Assembly (NCBI GenBank): GCA_004431415.1
Contig: QPMI01000494.1
Coordinates: 1-64,000, forward strand
DNA from: Cyanophora paradoxa CCMP329
Taxonomy: Eukaryota; Plantae; Glaucophyta
Direction: 5' to 3'
Length of the DNA: 64,000 bases
In this document: piece by piece, positions 18,691 through 30,600 of the stretch
Numbering within the stretch: the first letter of the stretch is position 1
How the letters are laid out: each line of letters begins with the position of its first letter
The notes under the pieces: generated by a model
What the model was told of the DNA's origin: nothing
The model's database searches: none
The model's input: only the letters and a program-made list of their open reading frames with translations
Position numbers and translations under genes: made by a program

Positions 18691-20536
18691 TCTTCTACGG
18701 TATACGTACTACGTATACCTTAGCTATAGCCTATAGGTACCTAGTAACCTAGGTACCTCGCTACCGAATTCGAAATTTCGACTGTTCATGCTCTGATTGC
18801 GTTTTTTCACAAAGGGTGCGAGGAATATCGCTTGCGCCATTCAGGCAGATTCAGCATCTTTCGAATTCTGCCAACTTAATCGGGCCTTTAGATCAAATTA
18901 GACTACTAGTAGTAGGTGTACCGATACTAGTACCGTACTACGGTACATCATCATCCGTACATGTGGCCCGATGATGTGGCCCATCAATGGGCCATCATGC
19001 ACATCATGCATGTGGGGCCATGGCCCATGAGGCCCATGATCCCGGGATTCCCGGCCATCATCGAACATGATCGAAGGCTTATTCGGGCGGCGGGGAATCG
19101 ATCGCCCTCCGAATCGGGCCCCATGGGCCACTTTCGGGGTCGATTCGGACCCTGAACTTGGGCCTGAACTTGCCCTGAATTCGAACTTCTTGGGCCTGAA
19201 CTTCCCTGAAGCCTTGAAGTTTCAAGGCTTCAATTAGGCTTGATCAGTTCTTCCCCCATTCCACGATTGCAAAGTTCTAAACTTGACAGTAATCATCGTA
19301 AGAAGCTCCGAATTCGAAGTACTTTGCCGTAACTTTGGAAACTCGGAATCGGCGCATTTAATCGACGGCGTTTCAACAAACCAATCGACGCCACTGCCGA
19401 CTCAGTGCCGAGTCCCGGGACTCCCGGGCCCCGGCCCCCGGGCCCCGGGCCCCGGCCCCCGGGGACTCGGGAGTCGGGGACCCGGATCGGACGGACCGGA
19501 TGGCCCGGACTCCCCGGCGAGAGTCCCCGCCGCCGCCGCCGGTCCCCCGGCCAGTCTCCCGGGACTCTCCCCGGGTCCCGGCCGCCCGGCTGAGAGCCGA
19601 CTCGCGATCGGCGACGCGGCGCCGACGCCGTCACGTCGCCGTGACGATCGCGAGTCGGCGACTCGGCGTCGACTCGGCGACGCCGTGAGTCGCCGCGGCG
19701 TCGCGCGCGCCGCGGCCCGGCGGTATACGTAGTATACTAGTCACTGAGTATTCAATGATTACGTACTGGTCGTACGCGTCGGACGGTCCGAGTCCCGCCG
19801 GGCCCGGGCCGCCCGGCGCGGTCCTCCCGGAGTCTGGGCCGGAGACTACCGGTCACCGGGTAGCCTAGCAGGGCCGGAGGCCTAGGCCCGGAGTACTAGC
19901 TATAGTCCGTCCGACGGTCACCGCGGCCGGCCTAGGCCTGCGGCGGCGCCGCGCGGAGGCGATGGCCATGGCATGCGCAATTGCAACTGCAGTTTACGGT
20001 TGCGATCGGCGACGACGAAGCCTTTAGCTTGAAGACGTCGACCTGATCGCTAATCGGTACTCGGAGAGCGCTTGCTTAGCTTGAGCCTGCGCATGCACTG
20101 CGGCCGCAGCACATATATATATGCATATATATATATGCATAGTGCGGTGCCACGGCGAGCATATCGGACCTGTAGGCTGTAGCTAGCCTAGTAGCGATCG
20201 CAATCTGCGGACAAGGGCCGGGGGAGTCGCCCATGGCCACGCCGCGGCCGACTCGGTGAATGCATGCATTTTGCGGTGAGCTTCGGAACATATATATGCG
20301 GATCTTCTACATGTATCAGACAACCGTCGCGATCGTACTGTCCGACGGTCAATCCAAAGTAATGATAATCCCCCGCGCAGTCCAACGTTGACGCGTACGG
20401 AAGGGCCGCCTCATGATCATATACATGATCAGTGGTGGTTTTGCAACAGCAACGTAGCCTGCCAGGCTGGTTGACTCTGTATGAGCGCGCGCATCGTGGA
20501 TGTTGAAGGATTCGAAGACGGCGTCTGCAAGTCAGC

Positions 20537-23500
20537 TTGGATCAGAGCATTTCAGATTTTGCGATGGACTCTCCGCACGCCTGGTCGACCGCCGATTCGG
20601 AGTTCTGGTTCCAAAACTCCCCGCGCAACCTGCGCACAAGTACGCGGGGCACAGCGCCGGCCGGGGACGCAGCCACATCCATGGCCAGCCGCGCTAGCTC
20701 AGCCGCGCATGCTCCAGCGGGGACCGCGTCGGCGGCCGGCCCCGGCGGGCCCGTGCACGTGCGGCGGACCGATCGCGAGCAGCTGGTCGACATCTTTACG
20801 GCGCCACAGTCGATGTCGAGAATCTCCACCGGGCCGTCGACCCCAAGCGTGCACGTCAGCAATCTCAGCGTTAGCCTGCTGAAGACTCGTCCCGCATGGA
20901 CGCCGAGCTCGGCCACCTCTCTCCGCTTCGCAAACGCCCTCGAGGAACACCGTTTCAGGGAACACTGGTCGAAACATCGCTTTCCGCGTGCAAGGTTGGT
21001 CTTTGACAGGACAGAGCAAGCATGCATATGCACTTGCTCTAAACACGACGCAGAGCTTCCGTCTGCATTTTCGGAGGGCTTTTACCCTTCCTTCTTGCTT
21101 GCTCGGCATCGGTCCTCGCGGGCGGTCTCGTCGACAGGCGTCTCTCCTCCGACGATCTCGTAACGCTGGCTGCCAGCGGCGTCGCCCAAGCCGCGTTCGC
21201 GGTCTACGCGTTGGACGTCATCCTCGTGGCGCTGGCCGTGCTTGGCCCGTCCCGGTGGGTGTTCCGACGGGCCTGGCAGGGATGGTTGACGGCTTGTATT
21301 GCAGTCGCCTTTGCGAGCACATGCATCCTCGCTACGGTGCACAGTTTTTGCCACGTAGCTATAGATATACAGATCATCGGATATAGAGTTGAACGCATTT
21401 AAATTTCTAGTTTGATTCGTGTCGCAGATCCTGCGCGTACCCACGCTCGCCATGCTGGTGTTCATCGGCGGGTGCTTCTTTGCGGCCGGGCCCATCGGCC
21501 TCCGTTTTCCCCAGGCTGCCTTTCTCTGTGCGGCAGCCTTCGCCTCCGCGCTCGTGGCTTCCGTGTTGGCGTCGCCTGGCTTGGGCGTACGCGTTCGACT
21601 GCCATCCGGATCCGCGAACGATCGCCCCGTCGACGTGTGGAGCTGGGAGGGGCTTGTGGCCCTCCCATTGTGCCTTGAGGCCCTTCTTCTGGCCGCTTGG
21701 ATGGCTTTCGATGCCGACCGCTCTGCTCGCAAGGTTGTAACCCGTCCAAACATTAATTCGCGTCATCTCCGTGTACGTGTACTTAAAGTTTACTGTTATT
21801 GCACGACAGGCGTTCTCTCGAAAGGGAGAGGCGGCCGCAGAAGCTAGCGCCGTGCGCAACTCGTAGCTCGATTTCATTGTAATCTAGCATATATACATGT
21901 CGGTTTTTGACGCCAGCGAATAGTTCCGCAAAGAACATTCGCAACTCCTGAGCGAATTCGAGGTGATCGATCGCGATCGCGTCGCAAAGACTTGTTCTTT
22001 TATGCGCATAGGCTCCATTCCCAATTGCAAGTCCGTGGCATCGGTTAATAAGCTCGAGCTTGCAGGCGTTCTCTGCAACAATTGACGAGCTGAAGTTCAC
22101 CAGCCCCCTCACATGCGCAACAACAGTGGTGGGGGAAATGCTCCAGCGAATGGTGGCCGGTCCGTTTTTGCTTAATATCGGACTAAAATCGGATTTCGAT
22201 ATAGATAGATGCCGCTTTTCTGTGATGCGTATGCGTATACGTAGAGCGGCACCTTGAGCATGCGTCCGCTGCGGCGTCATGCCTACGGCACCTCCTCTCC
22301 TCCGCTTCGCTCCGAGTTGTCGCAGTGCGCCTACGGGTCCTACAACCCCCGCGCGCAAACTAAACTGATGCGCGCGGCTTCAGTCGTCAGTGGCAGATCA
22401 GGTCGCCACGGGGCTCGCCCTCGTACCCCCGAGCCCGCTCTTCACCCGCTCTTTCCACGCCTGGTTCATGAACGAGGCGCGTTCTCAAAATGCAATCAAT
22501 AGATTTCAACTTTCGATTCAGAGATCATTCCTGATTTCAAATATGTATATACACAAAGGCGGGAGTGGATGCCGACCCCCTGAAACTGCCGCCCCGCCAA
22601 GGCGCCGGCCGGACTCGGGCCGACTCTTCCGACCCTGAAACAAGCTTAAGCAGCAACATCAGCATCAGCATGCGCGGAAGCTGGATCAAAAACGGCAGCC
22701 CGCACTCGCGCCGGCTTTCGAGATCCGGAAGTGCCCTTCTGCTATCTCCCAAAGCGGTGCCGTCCGTTTCAGATTCATATATATACATATATGATCGATA
22801 TCGATATCATTTCTTCGTTAACGTTGTCGCCTATTGAAGCTTATAATATAATGAAGCGCCCGCCGTCAGGCTATGGTGGCTGAACTGGAAGATGAAGCCT
22901 CAATGCGCCTCTCGGGACTCTTGGAGGCCGCAGTGAATTCATGGAACGAGTTCGACGCGCTGCAAATCGCCGAGTGCAGCGGGGGCCGCCCCCTCCAGGT
23001 TCTAGGGTAATATCCGAAGCCTATATATAGCTATCCGTTCGAATTGCGGTTTGCCCTCGCTGGTAAATTGAACGGCGGTCGCAGCCAAATGCTCTTTCGG
23101 CGCATCCCAACGCCCGATCGCGATCGTGACGCGTTCTTCGTTCATCCGACGAAGCTCGGCGCGTTTCTCGCTGCCGTTGAGGACGGCTACCCTGCTAACG
23201 TGCGTCCTGCAATTCATATATGTCCTAGATCTCGTTCGAAGAAATAGATTAGAGAAAGGACGCCCGCTCGCTTTCATTTCTCGATGACACCTTTAACTTC
23301 CCATTTCCGCAGCCTTACCACAACTCCGCCCATTCTGCCGATGTTCTTCAGGTGCGCACCAGCACTAGTGCTCGGCGCGGCCCCTTGTAATTAGACCCTT
23401 AAGCCTGCAATCGATGCTTCTTTTAATCTCATGATCAGGCTACGTTCTTCCTCATCAATTCCGGGAGCCTGAAGGCCGACTTTTCGCCCCTCGAAATTCT

Positions 23501-25681
23501 CGGTGCGCTGCTACGACGCCGTGACGTCGACTCGGGCTCGAGCCAGCGCTCCTGTTTCAAGTGTTCCGCCCCTTTGATCATGACCTTGCGTCTCTGCAGC
23601 CGCGCTCTTCGCTGCAGCCGTGCACGATGTGTGCCACACTGGGCACAGCAACGCGTTTGAGGTGGCGACGCAGAGTGCGTTAACGTTCAACCAGCGTTCA
23701 CTCATGAAATTCTATGCACACACATATATATGATTATTAATATTGATATTGTTGCAGGCGAGGTTGCGCTTCTGTACAACGACGTGAGGTCTGCGCTCGC
23801 CGTTCCCCAGATCTAGATCTAGACTTCGACGCCTCCGCGTTTCAAATATACGGACCCACTCACATTAATGCGACAGCGTGTTTTCAAAAAACCAGTTTCA
23901 AATATGAGAACCAGTTCCAAATATGCAGACAGCGTGCTTGAGAACCAGTTTCAGCTACCTATAGCTATAGCTACTCACCTATAGCTACCTATATGCAGAC
24001 CCATAGCGTTTCAAATATGCAGACCTATAGCTACTCACAATATTAATAATGCAGACCCACTCACATTAATGCGACAGCGTGCTTGAGAACCAGTCCTTGT
24101 CGCATGCGTTCGCCCTCCTCCGCAATCCCGAGACGGCATTCCTCGAGGGCCTCTCCCGCGAAAGGCGCGCGGAATTCCGCCGAGCCGTCATCGCTGCAGT
24201 CCTCGGGACCGACATGAGCAGGTGCCTTGGCTTGCGTCCCGCTCGCTCGCTCGCAATCTAGCTTGATTTTCTTGTGATTCATTATATATACAAATTATTC
24301 TCGCAGGCACTTCGACCTGCTTGCGCAGTGGAAGGGCAGCCGCCTCGCGGAGCGGACGGGCGCGAGCGCGAGCGCCGTCCTCCAGATGCGCCACTCCCGC
24401 TCCGCTGAGGACCGCCGCCTCGACCTCGTTCTCTGCGTCAAGGTTTGGATATCGATCTTATGTATACAAGTTCCTTTACAGTTTTACAGTGAAATTCACC
24501 TTTGATCTGCCAGGTCGCCGACCTCGCCAACGCGGCGCGGCCGCTGGAACAACACGTGCGGTGGTGCCGGCGAGTCCACGACGAGTTCTGCGCCCAGGCT
24601 CGTGGCCCCGTCGACGTCCCGGGCCCGATCGCCAGAGCCCGCAGGAGTCTGATAATTTTATGAACCGCGCATGATATGTGATCATGAGTCTGATCATGAT
24701 ATATAAATCTCTCGCAGGAGTCTGATCATGATATATGAACCGCGCAGGGGGACCTGGAGCGGGCGGCCGGGCTTCCCATCTCCCCTTACTGCGACCGGCG
24801 CACGGCGTCCATCCCCCAGACCACCGGCGGCTTCCTCAGCTTCCTGGCCGTCCCCCTCCTCGACGCGTGGGCGACCCAGTTCCCCAAGGCACAGCCCCTC
24901 CTCGACGTGCGCCAAAACTCTCGATTGATACATCGACGCTCGCAATCGTCCACGTCCTGACTGTCTGTTCCATCAACCCACGCAGAACGCCAACGCAAAT
25001 CTGAAGCACTGGGAGTCGTTCAACGCCTCGGGAGGGGTGATGCCCGCTACCCCTAAGCCAGCTGCTTCTTCAAGCTTGCAGCCGCGCTCGACGTCTCAGC
25101 CTCAGCCTCCTGCCGCGGATGCGCTCGCTGCAGTGCCTTCGACGGGCGAAGCGCCTTCGAATTCGGCGGCAGCGATTCGGGGCGCCGACGGCAGCCGCCC
25201 CAGGCCCGAGAGCCCGAATCCCGGGCCGCGGCTGCCGTCCGGGTCTATAGCTCTTTGGCAGAACGAGCTCGAGGCGGCATCCACACCCTTGCGAGCGGGC
25301 GCCGGCGCCGCCGCGGATGCGACCGGATCCGGAGTCCAGATTTTGAAGCGAGCCTTCGTCCACGGATCCGGACACGGCACGCATGGCCAACGGCGACAGA
25401 GCCGCGGGCTCCTGGATTCCTTGGCGTTCTCGGACGGCCTGGATTCCCTGGCGTTCTCGGACGGCGCCGGCGCCGGCGCCCTCGAGGATTCGGATCCGGA
25501 GCCCTGGAGCCGGAACCAGACGGCCGTAGGCCCCCGCGAACTCGAAGGTGCGGCCGCGGGTGCCACCGGCGGCAGGGGCGTCGGCTTGAGTGTCGGTGAC
25601 GGGTTCGGGTTTGCCGTCGACCCGCCCGATCTTCCATCGGCGTGCAACTCCCCGGGGCCAGGCGCCGCCACCTTACTGTAG
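20537..25681 (+). CDS. Multi-exon class I 3',5'-cyclic nucleotide phosphodiesterase with N-terminal transmembrane region; 5' end uncertain
   Basis: Spliced exons read PYHNSAHSADVLQ, AAVHDVCHTGHSNAFEV, ALLYND, VLENQSL..AF.LL, FRRAVIAAVLGTDMS, VADLANAARP..WCRRVHDEFCAQ|GDLERAAGLPISPYCDR. Hydrophobic exons at 21170-21735. Confidence 0.85.
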
Positions 25682-26906
25682 ACTGTAGATAAAATGTAGC
25701 ATCATTTTTGATCGGTTTGGTTTGCCGGTGCCGTCACGGCGTCCATCTATTATGACTAGCCAGCTGCAGAAGTGCGACCTCTACATAGCTGTACTTTCTA
25801 AACATGTGCTTGTGCATTTCTGTGATCATGAGATTAGTAGTTATATAGCGATAGGTACGGTTCATAATTGATTCAGTTTTTCGAATTCGAAGTTCTCGGT
25901 CGTGGTCCTATATATTACCGCCGGGCCGTAGGCCATTTTTGTCACCGTAGTTCCATTTTTGTCACGCGCAGCGGCTGCAGTCAATAGCTATAGATTTAGA
26001 TCTATATGTATAGCTAGCTGTAGACCCTAGGCCTCGCGGCGCAGCCACGGGGCCAGTGCTAGACTCTTTTATAACACTCCATCATAACATCTTGCCATAG
26101 CTACATGCTACGTACCATAACTGTGATAGCTGATTCATCTTGTCCGAATTCGTAACTTCTCCTCCGTATGCCATTCCCAAATTGATTGACGATTATATAT
26201 ATTTGATTCCCATTCCAAGCGACAAGGAGCTGAAGTCCGGGGCCTGGAGGAGGAAGGGGGGGGGGGGGGAATCGAACCACTCCATTTGTAATCAATATTC
26301 ACAAATTATAATTAAATATTGCGTTATGTCAGACTCTGAGATCATGTTCAGTATACGTATCTGGATTTGAAACGAAATCAAAGCTGTTCTATAGCTAGAC
26401 TGAACTCTCCTATATAGCTAGTACTGGACTGGTTGCATCGACAACTCATCGATCTGAAAGCAAAAAGCCGATCTAAATCGAGACTGGACTATCCTGGACG
26501 AATAAAGGCTGTCGTGCTATCCTGGACGAATGAAGGCTGGGGCATAATAAAAAGCGATCGAACAGCGTCGATCGGTACGGTACACGATCGAAACACCAAT
26601 AAGAGCAAATACGCTGCAGACGACGCTGTTTAGGCTGCAGCTGTAGGAAAATAAACGCGCTGCGCTTAGACGGATATTCGACATCGGCGCCGATACTGGA
26701 GCTACGTATACGGATGCGGTCAACGTTGCGGATCGGCGTCAGCGCTAGCGTTTGATGTGGCGGATCTTGTGCATGGCGAGGGCCTTGCACAGTAGATAAG
26801 GATGTAGCCGACGTTCTATGTAATCTAATTATAATATAGTTCTAATATAGAAACGATCCAGTTCTAACATAATCTAATGTAGTTCTAATATATATAGAAA
26901 CGGTGG

Positions 26907-27658
26907 TCAGCGCTTGATGTGGCGGATCTTGTGCATGGCGAGGGCCTTGATCGCCTCGAAGGCCGCCCAGTAGATCAGGATGTAGCCGACATTAGGGCCT
27001 GTAGCCGAAGAATTAGACCACCGCTCAAGATTTCTCGGAGGATATCCTAAAACAAAGTAGGACGGATGCAGATAAGGACAAACGGACCGACGTTGCTGTA
27101 GTCGAAGTTGTACGAGCGCATGAGGTCGTCCCCGGTCTGCACGCAGAGTCCCGCCGCCGCGTCCCTGCGGGGGGCCAGCAGGCCCGGGTCAGTGCTAGCG
27201 AGGCGCCCACTCCGAAGGGAATCAAATCTCAGGCTGAAGCTCGTGGAGCTTAGATTTACGCTTATGCGACGGAGCGCCCGTCAAATTGCGGCGCACGGGT
27301 CGGGGCAGCCGGAGAAGGTGAGGCCGAGCGCCTCGTTCCCGATGAGCGCCTCCGCCGTGTAGTGGTGGAAGTGCAGGTAGTACCTGCGCGCCCCGAAACG
27401 TTTCGTCACAGCGCACACGATCGCGAGCCATTCCCAATCATCTTAGATTCCGAAAGGAAGGAAGTGTACGTACCCCCAGATCCAGGGGCGGGGGATGTCG
27501 TTGTTCGGGATCCTGCGGCGGGGAGGCGCCCCGTGAGCCCGAGGACACAGAAGGGGACGGGCGGGGGGTGGGGTACGGGCGCACAGGAAGCCGGCGAAGT
27601 AGGAGCCGAGGGTGAGAGTGAGGCCCGAGAGCGCCTGGGGCAACGCAGTCAGCAGAGG

Positions 27659-27693
<35 letters not shown>

Positions 27694-30600
27694 CGAAGCG
27701 GAGGCGGCTCGCCTGGGCGGGGCCGGGGGCCGGGAGGAGGAAGCAGAGCATCTCGTTGTACGCGTTCGCCATCAGCTGCAAACAGTTAAGCGCGGCGCAT
27801 CAGTTAGTAACGAGTTAAGTAGAGAGGCTTCGAATTAGAGTTTCTGGCATGCGCATACACACCTGCCAGACCCAGACGATGAGGAGGCAGTAGGCAAAGC
27901 GGAGGCCGCCGTCCTGCGGGTTGCAGCCTGCAGAGAAGAAGCAGAGAAGCAGAGAAGGTCAGGATATATAGAGGCGGGCGGGCGGGCGGATGGATGGATC
28001 CGGAGGGGGGGGGGGGGGGGGGGGGGAGGGGGGGGGGCGCGGTGTGGTGCGGGATATTAGAGTCTATTCGAATCCGGATTATAGAGTCTATTAGAGTCTA
28101 TTCGAATCCGGATTATAGAGTCTATTAGAGTCTATTAGCCTGCAGAGAAGCAGAGAAGGTCAGGATCGGGGCGGGCGGGCTGGCGGAGAGAAGGAGGAGG
28201 AACCGCGGGGCGGGGCGGGGCGGGGCGGGGCGAGGGGCCGGACCGGCGATCCAGTAGGTCATGGAGATGAAGGGGACGAGGACGAAAAGGAGATTGAACG
28301 CCGTCGTGACCTGCGCCGCGGGGCACCGGGTCAGAACAGATTGGATCGGAGCGGATCGGATCGGCTGTTGGAAAAGCGGAAGGGGCGGGACGGAGGGGCG
28401 GGGAGGAGGGCCGCTCTAGGGGTGGGACAGGGAGGCGGGGCGGGGGCGGATCAGGAGCAGGGCGGGGGCGGGGGCGGGGCGGGGGCGGGTCGGATCAGAT
28501 TGGCGGGGGAGTTGGAATCTGAGCCGCTGGATCTTATCTATCTTTCCTGGGAATCTAATCTATAGCTATGCCAACAACGCCATCTTCCACGTCTTTCTTG
28601 GCGGATCGAGGGCGGGGGCGGGGCCGGGGGCGGGGCCGTGCGCACAGCGGAGTTGGCGAGGTGGTTGGCGAGGGGCCGGTACATGCCTGCGCGCCCGCCC
28701 AGACCCGACGAGGTCAGGAAAGCAAAGGAACGTCTTGAGGGCAGGACATTTTAGAGGAATGGTTGCGCAGTGCTCTTATGGAGCCTCTTCGGATCTTCTA
28801 TAGCATCGTGGTCTCCTATTAGAAGAATTCTATTAGAAGAAGCTTAAATAAGACTACTCGCCCTGGGAGGACTCGCGGTAGAAGACTTCGCGCCCCGCAA
28901 AGTTGCTCACGATGTCCCCCATCGCCCGGAAGAACGTGTACCTGAAAACGAGAGGAATAGAATGAGTTAGAAGCTTACGAGGAAGTAGAATAGAATGAGT
29001 TAGAAGCTTGAGAAGGAGAAGGATAGAATGAATTAGAAGCTTAAGAAGGAGAAGGATAGAATGGGTTAGGAGCTTGAGAAGAAGAAGGAGGAGGATGGAA
29101 CGAGCGAGTGAGAAGAAGCTTAAGAAGGATAGAATAGAATGAGTTAGAAGCCTAAGAAGAAGAAGGATAGAAGTGCGCACATAGTGTAGTTGAACATGAT
29201 GGAGGCCCGCATGCGAGCCTCGGCCTGGTTGTCGCCCATCTGGGCCCAGAGCGTACCCAGGATGAACGCGTTCCCGATCCCGCTGCGCGCGTAGGCAGGC
29301 ACCCCAGTCAGCATGAAATAGAAAGAAAGTATGAGGGAACAGAGCCGCAGAAAAAGCTCTAAGAGTATTGAGAGCTCGAGGCTTAAAGGCTCTAAGGATG
29401 GCGCGCCTGAGGAAGCGGGCCCAGAAGAGGCTTTTAAGCTTGCATGGCTTTTAAGCTTTGATCTAAAGATCAAAGAAACTTCAGATCTAGAGCGCGCTGA
29501 CTCTAACTCGCTCGCTCACCTGAGGAAGCGGGCCCAAAAGAGGATCGGGTCGCGCCAGAGCTGCAGGGCCCGCCGCGCCAGGCAGGCCCGCAGCTGCGGC
29601 CCCAGGCCCGTCGCGTACGCCCCCTCGTGCCGCTCCAGCGCTGCAGGGGGGCGCGATCGCGACGTCAGCCGTGAGCATGCCACAATTAGAGCTTACGTTA
29701 AGAATCAAGGCTTAGATTGGATAAAGAATCAAACGATTTAGATTAGATCGGGGCGGGCGCACGTGACTCGAAGGCGGCGTTGAGCTCGGCGACCTCGCGC
29801 CGGGCCGCCGCCGAGCGCTCCCCCGCGCGCCACGCCTCCGCAAAGTCCAGTGGGGCGGCCTCGGGGCCCTTGAACCCCTCGCGCTCCACCTGCGGACGCA
29901 GGTCAGGCGCCTTAATAAATCTAAATGGAGAAGAAGACGAAGAAGCTAGGAATTAGAGCTTGATCGTACCTTGCCCTGGACGCAGTCGAGGATGTGGTCC
30001 GCGGGGTTGCGCAGCGGCGGGCACGGGTAGCCTGCGCGGGCGGAAAGGGGCCTCAGTCGAAATCGACGATCTAGAGCTCCTCGCTATCTCGCACCGAGGG
30101 CGGCGAAGTGGCCTATTTATCTTCTATCTCTATATCTTATTAAGGCTCATTATATAGGCTCTATATCTTATTAAGGCTCATTATATATAGGCTTATCAAG
30201 CCCGAAGATCCCTGCACGTTGGGCGCACCGAGGGCGGCGAAGTGGCCGAGGACGTCGCGGCACTGCTCCCCCGTCTTCCCGAAGTAGGCCACCTGCGGGG
30301 GCGGGGCCGGGGGCGGTCAGAGCCAGCCAGCAAGTACGCCAGGGAGCTCAAGCGGGCGGGGGGGGGCGGGGCGGGCGCGCATCGCCGCCCTTTCGGAGGA
30401 GGAGAGGCGGCTCTAGGGGCAAGGGCGGTGCCGGTGGTGGTGGCTCTAGACGAGTCGGGGCGGGGCGGGGCGGGGCGGGCGCGGCGGGACAAGCTTAAGC
30501 ATGAGCGTGCGGGGCGGGACGGGGCGGGCGCGCCTCGCCGCCTTTCCTGAGGAGGAGGAGCGAGTCGAAGAGCTTGAAGACGTCCGCCGCCGGCTGGTGG

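Noticed and set aside
28854-29180. Leu-rich 108-aa ORF ([11 protein letters not shown] repeats)
   Set aside because: Translation of an intronic ~30-bp purine-rich tandem repeat inside the ABCG gene.
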